NCBI GenBank assembly: GCA_950097015.1
Contig: CATNEN010000005.1
Coordinates: 3,720,001-3,784,000, forward strand
From: Macrostomum hystrix
Lineage: Eukaryota > Animalia > Platyhelminthes
DNA: 64,000 nucleotides
Direction: 5' to 3'
Shown: positions 37,401 through 47,731 of the stretch, in pieces
Position numbering within the stretch: position 1 is the first letter of the stretch
How the letters are laid out: every line of letters starts with the position of its first letter
The notes under the pieces: generated by a model
The model's database searches: none
Seen by the model: only the letters and a program-made list of their open reading frames with translations
What the model was told of the DNA's origin: nothing
Translations under genes and position numbers: made by a program

Positions 37401-40247
37401 TGACTATCAGAGAGTGACTATCAGAGAGTGACTATCAGAGAGACTATCAGAGAGTGACTATCAGAGAGTGACTATCAGTGAGTGACTATCAGAGATTGAC
37501 TATCAGAAAGTGACTATCAGAGAGTGACTATCAGAGAGTGACTATCAGAGAGTGACTATCAGAGAGACTATCAGAGAGTGACTATCAGAGAGTGACTATC
37601 AGAGAGTGACTATCAGAGAGTGACTATCAGAGAGTGACTATCAGAGAGTGACTATCAGAGAGTGACTATCAGAGAGACTATCAGAGAGTGACTATCAGAG
37701 AGTGACTATCAGAGAGTGACTATCAGAGAGACTATCAGAGAGTGACTATCAGAGAGTGACTATCAGTGAGTGACTATCAGAGATTGACTATCAGAGAGTG
37801 ACTATCAGAGCGTTACTATCAGAGCGTTACTATCAGAGAGTGACTATCAGAGAGTGACTATCAGAGAGTGACTATCAGAGAGTGACTATCAGAGAGTGAC
37901 TATCAGAGAGTGACTATCAGAGAGTGACTATCAGAAAGTGACTATCAGAGAGACTATCAGAGAGTGACTATCAGAGAGTGACTATCAGAGAGTGACTATC
38001 AGAGAGACTATCAGAGAGTGACTATTAGAGAGTGACTATCAGAGAGTGACTATCAGAGAGACTATCAGAGAGACTATCAGAGAGTGACTATCAGAGAGTG
38101 ACTATCAGAGAGACTATCAGAGAGTGACTATCAGAGAGTGACTATCAGAGAGTGACTATCAGAGAGTGACTATCAGAGAGTGACTATCAGAGAGTGACTA
38201 TCAGAGTGACTATCAGAGAGTGACTATTAGAGAGTGACTATTAGAGAGACTATCAGAGAGTGACTATCAGAGAGACTATCAGAGAGTGACTATCAGAGAG
38301 TGACTATTAGAGAGACTATCAGAGAGTGACTATCAGAGAGACTATCAGAGAGTGACTATCAGAGAGTGACTATCAGAGAGACTATCAGAGAGTGACTATC
38401 AGAGAGTGACTATCAGAGAGTGACTATCAGAGAGTGACTATCAGAGAGTGACTATCAGAGAGTGACTATCAGAGAGTGACTATCAGAGAGAGACTATCAA
38501 AGAGTGACTCTCAGAGAGTGACTATCAGAGTGACTCTCAAAGAGTGACTATCAGAGAGTGACTATAAGAGAGTGACAATATATATAATTTTGTGACTACA
38601 AAAGTGACGCTGAGGGAGTACCTACATCAGCATTATCAGCAACAGAGCAAGGTGTAAAGTTACAGATAAAGTAGATTTGAGACATGGACTTGACTACGAT
38701 CGTGATGCAATAAAGTATCAACTTATTTTATTGACTAAACCTGCACACACGTACCAACTCACGCAACTCACAAGATGAGAGATAGTGAAGCAACATTTCT
38801 TCATCAAATATCTGGTCATCTAACAAGTTGAGAACGGCTATAAAAAATATTTCGCCCCATCGAACCATCGCACAACTGTTCTGGCATTCAATATCGTCCT
38901 ACTCGCCTACTAGAGCATGCAGTCAACTTTAGTGTGATTTCCCCTGGGAGAATTTCAGTCTATCGCATCCTCACGCGAGTTCATTTCCAACTTACAAAAT
39001 AGCTCCTAGTTCTGCCGCAAACTGTGCAATTATTCTCGATTTTCTCATTTCTGCCATCAAACAGACAGGAATTTGGGAGTGGCATGCCGACATTGTAGTG
39101 TGGGACAGTATAGATCTCCGGTTTCAAGTAGGGAAATTTCTGCCCAGACTTTCTTTGACAGATAATTCTCATTTGAATATCTGCCGGAATGCTTAAAGTA
39201 CTTTTTCAAGTATGCTTCATTCCTGTTGATTATTAGCGTTGCAGTGCCAATCAGCCTTGTCAATCTGCAAATCTACCTGTTTATCATTCCATCTGCCTGT
39301 CTATCTGCCAATCTACCTGTCTATCTGCCAATCTACCGGTCTATCTGCCAATCTACCTGTCTATCTGCCAATCTACCTGTCTATCTGCCAATTTACCTGT
39401 CTATCTGCCAATTCACCTGTCTATCTACCAATTTACCTGTCTATCTGCCAATCTACCGGTCTATCTGACGATTTAGCTGTCTATCTAACAATTTACCTGT
39501 CTATCTGCCGATTTACCTATCTATCTGCCAATCTACCGGTCTATCTGACGATTTAGCTGTCTATCTAACAATTTACCTGTCTATCTGCCAATCTACCGGT
39601 CTATCTGACGATTCAGCTGTCTATCTACCAATTTACTTGTCTATCTACCAATTTACCTGTCTATCTGCCAATCTACCGGTCTATCTGCCGATTTACCTAT
39701 CTATCTGCCAATTTACCTGTCTATCTGCCAATCTACCGGTCTATCTGACGATTCAGCTGTCTATCTGCCAATCTACCGGTCTATCTGCCGATTTACCTGT
39801 CTATCTGCCAATCTACCTGTCTATCTGCCAATCTACCGGTCTATCTGACGATTTAGCTGTCTATCTACCAATTTACCTGTCTATCTACCAATTTACCTGT
39901 CTATCTGCCAATCTACCGGTCTATCTGCCGATTTACCTATCTATCTGCCAATCTACCGGTCTATCTGCCAATCTAGATGTATTCTACCAATATACCAGTG
40001 TAACTTCCTATCTATCAGTATATATATTCGGCTACTTGCTTGTAGATTATTTTATCAAATAATTATCGTGTCCATTGCACTGTGGTCCGATCTACCACTG
40101 CTGTCAGGTTTTTCATCGGTATAACAAAAAAATGAAAACAGCGACTCACATGCCATCCTTAAGCCCAGCTGAGACTAGCGCGCAGCAACAAAGGCAGGCT
40201 GTTAGAAATGCCAGGAGTCTAGTCCTCAACGCGAAACCGGTATCCAT
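13460..40247 (-). CDS. MEGF6: Multiple EGF-like domains protein 6 orthologue (signal peptide, EMI domain, EGF/cbEGF repeats, long laminin-type EGF run), ~1580 aa
   Basis: Phase-consistent exons: 40247-40150 ([33 protein letters not shown]), 34909-34772 (PNVCPY...[19 protein letters not shown]), 34409-34300 ([14 protein letters not shown]), 29669-29532, 28499-28374, 27621-27496, 26842-26717, 25556-25428 (GRGPCDH), 25117-24977 ([10 protein letters not shown]), 24285-24022, 22681-22616 (tentative linker), 21656-21514 ([17 protein letters not shown]), 21224-20699, 20193-20065, 19419-19291, 18926-18786, 18349-18221, 17643-16732, 16405-15425, 13907-13773, 13521-13460 (tentative last exon). The EMI, RIE.E and CDC..GWTG.ICN.TCP motifs match MEGF6 as I recall it; no TM segment was found. 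Confidence 0.88.
14222..15300. repeat. 16-bp two-variant minisatellite (CCCGTGTCTCATCTCT / CCAGCGTCGCATCCCT) in a MEGF6 intron
   Basis: ~67 units. A 16-nt period with no stop codon explains the three overlapping + strand ORFs. Confidence 0.95.
16555..16712 (-). mobile_element. SINE family A fragment
   Basis: Reverse complement contains GGCGAGGCCACA...GGGCCAACC..CAAGGCACAGTGA.AGTGTACACTGCCTGACGAT.AGAAAGTC, shared with the 55596 copy. Confidence 0.7.
17700..17845 (+). mobile_element. CORE-type SINE (family B) 5' fragment
   Basis: tRNA-like head CTAGTG.TTAGAGCGTCGGACTCACGA..TCAAGGTCGGGGTTC, then GTGTC..TTAGCA.GACACTTAACT.TGCATTGCTTCAGCTCACCCAGCT. Confidence 0.7.
17847..18148. repeat. 34-bp minisatellite GAACTACACCTGTGGTCTACACCTGTGGACCTGT (~9 copies)
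   Basis: Perfect units starting at 17881, 17915 and onward. Confidence 0.95.
18972..19197 (-). mobile_element. SINE family A copy
   Basis: Reverse complement begins GTGGCAGAG...AACGCGTTTGCCTCTCGCACC...CTCGATTCCGCGGCGAGGCCACATT and includes GTGCTCAGGAGTCAGCGGAATGG...AATTGCCTCCTCGCTG. Confidence 0.8.
20345..20520 (-). mobile_element. SINE family A copy (internally deleted)
   Basis: Reverse complement: GCAGAGCAGTTAACGCGTTTGCCTCCTCTCGC...CTGCCTGACGACGAGAAAGTC...GGAGTCAACGGAAAGGGCAGAATTGCCTCCTCG. Confidence 0.75.
22948..23564. mobile_element. Inverted-repeat-bounded non-autonomous DNA element in a MEGF6 intron
   Basis: TACCAAGGGGGGAATTCTCCCCCTGACAATTTTTT (22964-) pairs with AAAAAATTGTCAGGGGGGGGAATCCCCCCCCCTTGGTA (-23520). 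An outer arm GGATTAGCAGTAGAACTACCAAG also pairs imperfectly with 23542-23564. True ends and TSD are ambiguous (TA if the inner ends are used). Confidence 0.65.
23783..23945. repeat. 45-bp tandem repeat (~3.5 copies)
   Basis: CAGTGTACATTGAGGGAGAGGAAAG at 23791, 23836 and 23881. Confidence 0.85.
24485..24965. repeat. GATA-derived 16-bp repeat (GATAGTCTGATAGATT) degenerating to (GATA)n
   Basis: Direct reading; begins right after the MEGF6 donor at 24976. Confidence 0.9.
25590..25738 (-). mobile_element. SINE family A copy (head fused to 3' part)
   Basis: Reverse complement: TTTGCCTCTCGCACCAAGGTCAGGGCAATGTACACAC...GTGCTCAGGAGTCAGCGGAATGGGCAGAAT...GTGCCCGCAGCCCTCC. Confidence 0.8.
27795..28270. 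repeat. Degenerate ~20-bp G-rich repeat GGAGTGAGGTGGCTGCTAGT
   Basis: About 22 imperfect units. Confidence 0.85.
28715..29240. repeat. CT-rich low-complexity tract containing a 28-bp repeat
   Basis: TCTCTTCTCTCTTCTATCCTCTCATTTT-type units at ~28930-29130. Confidence 0.85.
29765..29875 (-). mobile_element. CORE-type SINE (family B) 5' fragment
   Basis: Reverse complement: GCCAAGTGGTTAGAGCGTCGGACTCACGACTTGAAGGTCGAGGGTTCGATTTCC...GCAATTTGTGTCCTCTAGCAAAAG. A second head remnant lies at ~29720-29760. Confidence 0.75.
29885..31597. repeat. 1.7-kb polypyrimidine (CTCCTCTCTCCA-type) tract
   Basis: Almost purely C/T with sparse A; internally duplicated blocks (CCCCACTCCTTTCACTCTACT recurs). Confidence 0.95.
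32350..32510 (+). mobile_element. Possible decayed non-LTR retrotransposon RNase H remnant
   Basis: Translates to ...KIYTDGSV preceded, in another frame, by PLW. IYTDGS is the RNase H start motif of several LINE clades. Contains stops and a frameshift; only a short motif supports the call. Confidence 0.3.
32548..33230. repeat. 15-bp minisatellite CAGTAGATTCGGAAA grading into ATAGACGATTCGGAA
   Basis: Direct reading. Confidence 0.92.
33950..34210. repeat. 22-bp repeat GATCATGGAGTGACAAACTATG
   Basis: About 12 imperfect units. Confidence 0.88.
34500..34762. repeat. 34-42-bp repeat CACCTCGCTTATCGCACCC...ATTCCTCAC filling MEGF6 intron 2
   Basis: About 7 units, starting ~10 nt inside the donor. 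Confidence 0.85.
35385..38580. repeat. 14-bp minisatellite GACTATCAGAGAGT (12-bp deletion variant interspersed), ~230 units
   Basis: Direct reading; higher-order duplication with a ~1010-bp offset. Confidence 0.97.
39270..39975. repeat. 20-bp minisatellite CTATCTGCCAATCTACCTGT
   Basis: About 35 units. Confidence 0.93.
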
Positions 40248-41139
40248 GGCGACTGCCGAAAAAAGGCAAACTGCCAAAACACGACCGATTGCTGTCACTT
40301 TGGCAGCTGACGGTTGTTAAAACTGACTTTTCTTAGTTTTTTATGGAATTAAAGAAACCTTTTTTGCAACCAATTAAAGTTAAAGAAAAACGGCAGACAG
40401 CAATAAAAAAGCAGTAATATAAATAATCTTGATAGTTAAATTAAAAAATAGACAACTAGATAAAGCCTGCCTATCCTATACCTATATAGCTATCTATGCA
40501 CTGACAATATTGCTTAGGTGCAGTCAGAGGTAGACATTCCTCAGCCTCAATATGGCATCGTTCTACCTACTCAACTTTTAAGGTTGAGCAGTCAGATAGG
40601 GGGGGTTCTGCTCTGGTTGGGGCGAACGCACAATGACCAGCTATGGAATTTCTCGAGACACAATGCGAACAGCTCTCTAAAACTCACTCTCTCACTGTGT
40701 GTGTGTGTGTGTGTGTCTATTTCACTAATTCAATAACATTCTTTTTCCTATTCAGTTCTGTCTCAACTAGCCAAGGGCGAATATAAATTTCTCTTTAGGA
40801 ATTTCTTGCTCTAAGTTTTGAGTTCGCTTATATCGTAGCGTTGATTGGTAGGCGAGAGTTGCAACCAATGGCAACAACCGAACCCTAAAACACGATTAGT
40901 TAGTTAGTTGCTAAGAAAACTAACGATTTTTACAAAAAAAAGTTAAATTTAAACTACTTTGAGCATTCTGCCTGGGAGGTCTGCTCAGCCCTACCATTTA
41001 TTTAGTAATGCATAAGTAGCCTAATTTAGAATGTGCATTCCGCACTAATCATACCTTCCATTTCCATAGCGTTTTCCGCTAAGCCTAAGATAGAGTGTAA
41101 TGCACAACATGAATTTACTATGCACAACACTGAATCTCT

Positions 41140-41900
41140 GCACTCTCACTGAATCTCTCCACTCTCTCCCTGAATCTCTTCACTCTCTCCCTGAATCTCT
41201 TCACTATCTCCCTGAATCTCTCCACTCTCTCCCTGAATCTCTTCACCGTCTCCCTGAATCTCTCCACTCTCTCCCTGAATCTCTTCACTCTCTCCCTGAA
41301 TCTCTTCACCGTCTCCCTGAATCTTTCCACTCTCTCCCTGAATCTCTTCACTCTCTCCCTGAATCTCTTCACCGTCTCCCTGAATCTCTCCACTACCTCC
41401 CTGAATCTCTCCACTCTCTCCCTGAATCTCTCCACTCTCTCCCTGAATCTCTCCACTATCACCCTGAATCTCTTCACTCTCTCCCTGAATCTCTTCACCG
41501 TCACCCTGAATCTCTCCACTATCTCCCTGAATCTCTTCACTCTCTTCCTGAATCTCTTCACTATCTCCCTGAATCTCTTCACCGTCACCCTGAATCTCTT
41601 CACTATCTTCCTGAATCTCTCCACTCTCTCACTGAATCTCTTCACTCTCTTCCTGAATCTCTTCACTCTCTTCCTGAATCTCTTCACCGTCTCCCTGAAT
41701 CTCTTCACTCTCTTCCTGAATCTCTTCACCGTCTCCCTGAATCTCTTCACTATCTCCCTGAATCTCTTCACTCTCTTCCTGAATCTCTTCACCGTCTCCC
41801 TGAATCTCTTCACTCTCTTCCTGAATCTCTTCACCGTCTCCCTGAATCTCTTCACTATCTCCCTGAATCTCTTCACCGTCTCCCTGAATCTCTCCACCTA
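41140..41900. repeat. 21-bp minisatellite CTCCCTGAATCTCTTCACTCT
   Basis: About 36 units; explains the LPESLHS and KRFRERV ORFs. Confidence 0.95.
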
Positions 41901-42671
41901 TCCGTGAGTCTCAGCGCCGAATATTTGCACTCTGGTAGCCGGCACACAAGCTAAACTTCAGTGCGCAGTTGAGCAGTTTTTTGGCTACAAATTGCATAAC
42001 AATAAAATCTCAATTCATTGCAAAGTTTTAAATATTTTTTTACAGAGAACCTTGAGGTGCGATATTGAGACTATAAATTTATTATTTATAGTAAAACATA
42101 CATTCTGCTTGTGAGAAACTGCATAAATATGGAAGAAAACTTTTAATTAAGTGACGGAAATGTTAATTTTCTCTCCGCAAGTATAGCCATGGCCATAAAT
42201 ATTTTTGTGTGGCAAAGCTTTATAAGTTAATTAGCTAATTATGAAATAATGAAATAAGTCCATTTATTTTAAAATACGTGGGAAAGCAGAATTTTTTTGA
42301 AAAAGGCGAAATACTATTTGACGAGTAGTTTAAATTATAAACTGAATTTTAGTAAAACTACTATGAGTAGAAAGTGAAAGAGATTTACTAATAAATATGC
42401 AGAAGAAGGCCAGTAATTTGGTGATAATTCTACTTTGTTAAACTCGGGAACTCATCCTGACAACAACTTGACTGCACAATACTTCTCAGTTCACTAAGCC
42501 TAATAATCATGTGGGTACATTTGTTATAAAATACATAATTATACCAGCGTAGATTATAGTTTCTAGCTGAGTCAAAGATAGATAATAAGCCATGGCAATT
42601 GCTTCACGACAACAGACGGAAGACAGCTTTTAATTTCTGCGAAAACACTCAGTGCAAAGAAATCGATCGGA

Positions 42672-45600
42672 CAAGATTGTTGAAATGTCAGTGAGAGAGT
42701 CAGATAAGATTGTTGAAATGTCAGTGAGAGAGTCAGATAAGATTGTTGAAATGTCAGTGAGAGAGTCAGATAAGATTGTTGAAATGTCAGTGAGAGAGTC
42801 AGATAAGATTGTTGAAATGTCAGTGAGAGAGTCAGATAAGATTGTTGAAATGTCAGTGAGAGAGTCAGATAAGATTGTTGAAATGTCAGTGAGAGAGTCA
42901 GATAAGATTGTTGATCAGACAGTGAGAGAGTCAGATAAGATTGTTGATCAGACAGTGAGAGAGTCAGATAAGATTGTTGAAATGTCAGTGAGAGAGTCAG
43001 ATAAGATTGTTGATCAGAGAGTGAGAGAGTCAGATAAGATTGTTGATCAGACAGTGAGAGAGTCAGATAAGATTGTTGATCAGACAGTGAGAGAGTCAGA
43101 TAAGATTGTTGAAATGTCAGTGAGAGAGTCAGATAAGATTGTTGAAATGTCAGTGAGAGAGTCAGATAAGATTGTTGAAATGTCAGTGAGAGAGTCAGAT
43201 AAGATTGTTGAAATGTCAGTGAGAGAGTCAGATAAGATTGTTGAAATGTCAGTGAGAGAGTCAGATAAGATTGTTGAAATGTCAGTGAGAGAGTCAGATA
43301 AGATTGTTGATCAGACAGTGAGAGAGTCAGATAAGATTGTTGATCAGACAGTGAGAGAGTCAGATAAGATTGTTGAAATGTCAGTGAGAGAGTCAGATAA
43401 GATTGTTGAAATGTCAGTGAGAGAGTCAGATAAGATTGTTGAAATGTCAGTGAGAGAGTCAGATAAGATTGTTGAAATGTCAGTGAGAGAGTCAGATAAG
43501 ATTGTTGATCAGACAGTGAGAGAGTCAGATAAGATTGTTGATCAGACAGTGAGAGAGTCAGATAAGATTGTTGAAATGTCAGTGAGAGAGTCAGATAAGA
43601 TTGTTGATCAGAGAGTGAGAGAGTCAGATAAGATTGTTGATCAGACAGTGAGAGAGTCAGATAAGATTGTTGATCAGACAGTGAGAGAGTCAGATAAGAT
43701 TGTTGAAATGTCAGTGAGAGAGTCAGATAAGATTGTTGAAATGTCAGTGAGAGAGTCAGATAAGATTGTTGAAATGTCAGTGAGAGAGTCAGATAAGATT
43801 GTTGATCAGACAGTGAGAGAGTCAGATAAGATTGTTGATCAGACAGTGAGAGAGTCAGATAAGATTGTTGAAATGTCAGTGAGAGAGTCAGATAAGATTG
43901 TTGATCAGACAGTGAGAGAGTCAGATAAGATTGTTGATCAGACAGTGAGAGAGTCAGATAAGATTGTTGAAATGTCAGTGAGAGAGTCAGATAAGATTGT
44001 TGAAATGTCAGTGAGAGAGTCAGATAAGATTGTTGAAATGTCAGTGAGAGAGTCAGATAAGATTGTTGATCAGACAGTGAGAGAGTCAGATAAGATTGTT
44101 GAAATGTCAGTGAGAGAGTCAGATAAGATTGTTGAAATGTCAGTGAGAGAGTCAGATAAGATTGTTGAAATGTCAGTGAGAGAGTCAGATAAGATTGTTG
44201 ATCAGACAGTGAGAGAGTCAGATAAGATTGTTGATCAGACAGTGAGAGAGTCAGATAAGATTGTTGAAATGTCAGTGAGAGAGTCAGATAAGATTGTTGA
44301 TCAGACAGTGAGAGAGTCAGATAAGATTGTTGAAATGTCAGTGAGAGAGTCAGATAAGATTGTTGAAATGTCAGTGAGAGAGTCAGATAAGATTGTTGAA
44401 ATGTCAGTGAGAGAGTCAGATAAGATTGTTGATCAGAGAGTGAGAGAGTCAGATAAGATTGTTGATCAGACAGTGAGAGAGTCAGATAAGATTGTTGAAA
44501 TGTCAGTGAGAGAGTCAGATTAGATTGTTGAAATGTCAGTGAGAGAGTCAGATAAGATTGTTGAAATGTCAGTGAGAGAGTCAGATAAGATTGTTGAAAT
44601 GTCAGTGAGAGAGTCAGATAAGATTGTTGAAATGTCAGTGAGAGAGTCAGATAAGATTGTTGAAATGTCAGTGAGAGAGTCAGATAAGATTGTTGAAATG
44701 TCAGTGAGAGAGTCAGATAAGATTGTTGAAATGTCAGTGAGAGAGTCAGATAAGATTTTTGAAATGTCAGTGAGAGAGTCAGATAAGATTGTTGAAATGT
44801 CAGTGAGAGAGTCAGATAAGATTGTTGATCAGAGAGTGAGAGAGTCAGATAAGATTGTTGATCAGAGAGTGAGAGAGTCAGATAAGATTTTTGAAATGTC
44901 AGTGAGAGAGTCAGATAAGATTGTTGATCAGAGAGTGAGAGAGTCAGATAAGATTGTTGATCAGAGAGTGAGAGAGTCAGATAAGATTGTTGATCAGACA
45001 GTGAGAGAGTTAGATAAGATTGTTGATCAGACAGTGAGAGAGTTAGATAAGATTGTTGATCAGACAGTGAGAGAGTTAGATAAGATTGTTGATCAGACAG
45101 TGAGAGAGTCAGATAAGATTGTTGATCAGACAGTGAGAGAGTCAGATAAGATTGTTGATCAGAGAGTGAGAGAGTCAGATATGATTGTTGATCAGACAGT
45201 GAGAGAGTCAGATAAGATTGTTGATCAGAGAGTGAGAGAGTCAGATAAGATTGTTGATCAGACAGTGAGAGAGTCAGATAAGATTGTTGAAATGTCAGTG
45301 AGAGAGTCAGATAAGATTGTTGAAATGTCAGTGAGAGAGTCAGATAAGATTGTTGAAATGTCAGTGAGAGAGTCAGATAAGATTGTTGAAATGTCAGTGA
45401 GAGAGTCAGATAAGATTGTTGAAATGTCAGTGAGAGAGTCAGATAAGATTGTTGAAATGTCAGTGAGAGAGTCAGATAAGATTTTTGAAATGTCAGTGAG
45501 AGAGTCAGATAAGATTGTTGAAATGTCAGTGAGAGAGTCAGATAAGATTGTTGATCAGAGAGTGAGAGAGTCAGATAAGATTGTTGATCAGAGAGTGAGA

Positions 45601-46245
45601 GAGTCAGATAAGATTTTTGAAATGTCAGTGAGAGAGTCAGATAAGATTGTTGAAATGTCAGTGAGAGAGTCAGATAAGATTGTTGATCAGAGAGTGAGAG
45701 AGTCAGATAAGATTGTTGATCAGAGAGTGAGAGAGTCAGATAAGATTGTTGATCAGACAGTGAGAGAGTTAGATAAGATTGTTGATCAGACAGTGAGAGA
45801 GTTAGATAAGATTGTTGATCAGACAGTGAGAGAGTCAGATAAGATTGTTGAAATGTCAGTGAGAGAGTCAGATAAGATTGTTGATCAGAGAGTGAGAGAG
45901 TCAGATATGATTGTTGATCAGACAGTGAGAGAGTCAGATAAGATTGTTGATCAGAGAGTGAGAGAGTCAGATAAGATTGTTGATCAGACAGTGAGAGAGT
46001 CAGATAAGATTGTTGAAATGTCAGTGAGAGAGTCAGATAAGATTGTTGATCAGACAGTGAGAGAGTCAGATAAGATTGTTGATCAGACAGTGAGAGAGTC
46101 AGATAAGATTGTTGAAATGTCAGTGAGAGAGTCAGATAAGATTGTTGATCAGAGAGTGAGAGAGTCAGATAAGATTGTTGATCAGAGAGTGAGAGAGTCA
46201 GATAAGATTGTTGATCAGACAGTGAGAGAGTCAGATAAGATTTTG
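42672..46245. repeat. 33-bp minisatellite GTTGA(AATGTCA/TCAGACA)GTGAGAGAGTCAGATAAGATT (~108 units)
   Basis: Two main unit classes; explains the 1230-aa, 623-aa and 572-aa ORFs. Confidence 0.97.
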
Positions 46246-46489
46246 GATTAATATATTTGAACAAAGGTTAAAAAGACACTGGATAACAAATGTAATCATA
46301 AAGACGCAAAAAGTTGCAATTTTTTGCTACTTAGTACGTTTAAAAAGTCTGAAATCATTTTCTATTTTGTTAAAAGCAAAGAGTAGTTAACGGTATTAAT
46401 AAATCCGTTATCTGCATACAAGGAAATAATACGAATGGATTGATTGTGGGAATGCAATTTTTTATCCAAAATGATAACTGTACTTGCTG

Positions 46490-46965
46490 GGATGACTTGT
46501 GAATGGGGGCGGATGGCTTGTGAATGGGGGTGGATGGCTTGTGAATGGGAGCGGATGACTTGTGAATGGCCGGCTGATGGCTTGTGAATGGGGGGCGGAT
46601 GACTTGTGAATGGGGGTGGATGGCTTGTGAATGGGAGCGGATGACTTGTGAATGGCCGGCTGATGGCTTGTGAATGGGTGGCGGATGGCTTGTGAATGGG
46701 GGGCGGATGACTTGTGAATGGGAGGCGGATGGTTTGTGAATGGGGGGCGGATGACTTGTGAATGGGAGGCGGATGGTTTGTGAATGGGGGGCTGATTGCT
46801 TGTGAATGGGGGGCGGATGACTTGTGAATGGCCGGCTGATGGCTTGTGAATGGGGGGCGGATGACTTGTGAATGGGAGGCGGATGGTTTGTGAATGGGGG
46901 GCTGATTCCTTGTGAATGGGGGGCTGATGGCTTGTGAATGGGGGGCTGATGACTTGTGAATGAGG
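46490..46965. repeat. 21-22-bp G-rich repeat GGCTTGTGAATGGGGGCGGAT
   Basis: About 22 units. Confidence 0.9.
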
Positions 46966-47146
46966 GAATGGTTTTAATATGCGTCGGATTAGAAGTACCA
47001 GTTTAAATATTGGATTGTGATTTCAAATGCTGTCACGACAGGAAATATCTGATTTTAACAAAGTGCAAACCGCTGAACAACAGATAAATATGGATCATTT
47101 TATCAGCCTCGTCAGCCATTGGCGATGCTCGTTTGTGTTGCCGGGC

Positions 47147-47731
47147 TTAAAAATATGAGCCACCCCCGACTCCGCGTCTATTGCCGCTCTGCCCGGAGCT
47201 GCCGGCATCAAAAAAGTCGGTGCAGCTCTCGCCGAAGCCTCCGCCGCCGCCGCCGCCGCCGCCTCCACCGCCGCCTGACAAGGAAAAGTTCTGATGCTGC
47301 TGCTGCTGCTGCTGCTGCTGTCGCTTAGTTTTGCGAAATCCTTGCATAGCAACAGACAGTCCGGCACTGGACGAGACACCGGTGCCGTTGCCAGCCAGAT
47401 CGCCGACCTGATGCGCGCCGCTGCCGACTTGTGTAAGACTGCGGCCTCCAGTCGAGGCTGACATCTGGACCCCGCCGGTGGACAAGCCGCCACCGCCGCC
47501 TTTAGAATTCGGGCCATTGTGCCAGCGACCAATCTTTCTCCGATGGTGATAGCGCAGGAATGACACCAGCAGACAGGCGAGAAATAGCAGGGCCAGGGCC
47601 AGGTGTGCCAGCCAGATCGGCCTCGGCGCCGGAGTCAACGATGACACTGCAGACGACGATGTAGCGGCTGCAACCGATGACGCGTCAGCGGAGGTTGTCG
47701 TGAACGTGCCCGCATTGTCCAGTGTAGACAT
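47147..47731 (-). CDS. Orphan single-pass membrane protein (~194 aa): S/T/A-rich N-terminus, TM, basic stop-transfer, poly-Q and poly-G cytoplasmic tail
   Basis: GC-rich ORF with codon style like the neighbouring real exons. IWLAHLALALLFLACLLVSFL is followed by RYHHRRK. Acceptor ttttcAG lies 5 nt before the ATG, with a candidate 61-nt 5'UTR intron (47797-47737). No family recognised. Confidence 0.65.
   Translation of the reverse strand: MSTLDNAGTFTTTSADASSVAAATSSSAVSSLTPAPRPIWLAHLALALLFLACLLVSFLRYHHRRKIGRWHNGPNSKGGGGGLSTGGVQMSASTGGRSLTQVGSGAHQVGDLAGNGTGVSSSAGLSVAMQGFRKTKRQQQQQQQQHQNFSLSGGGGGGGGGGGGGFGESCTDFFDAGSSGQSGNRRGVGGGSYF

Noticed and set aside
41100-41954. LPESLHS and KRFRERV repeat proteins
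   Set aside because: 21-bp minisatellite open on both strands; no domain or splice support.
42572-46264. 1230-aa CDS call
   Set aside because: Not annotated as CDS because the unit itself lacks stops in that frame; kept only as a testable finding.
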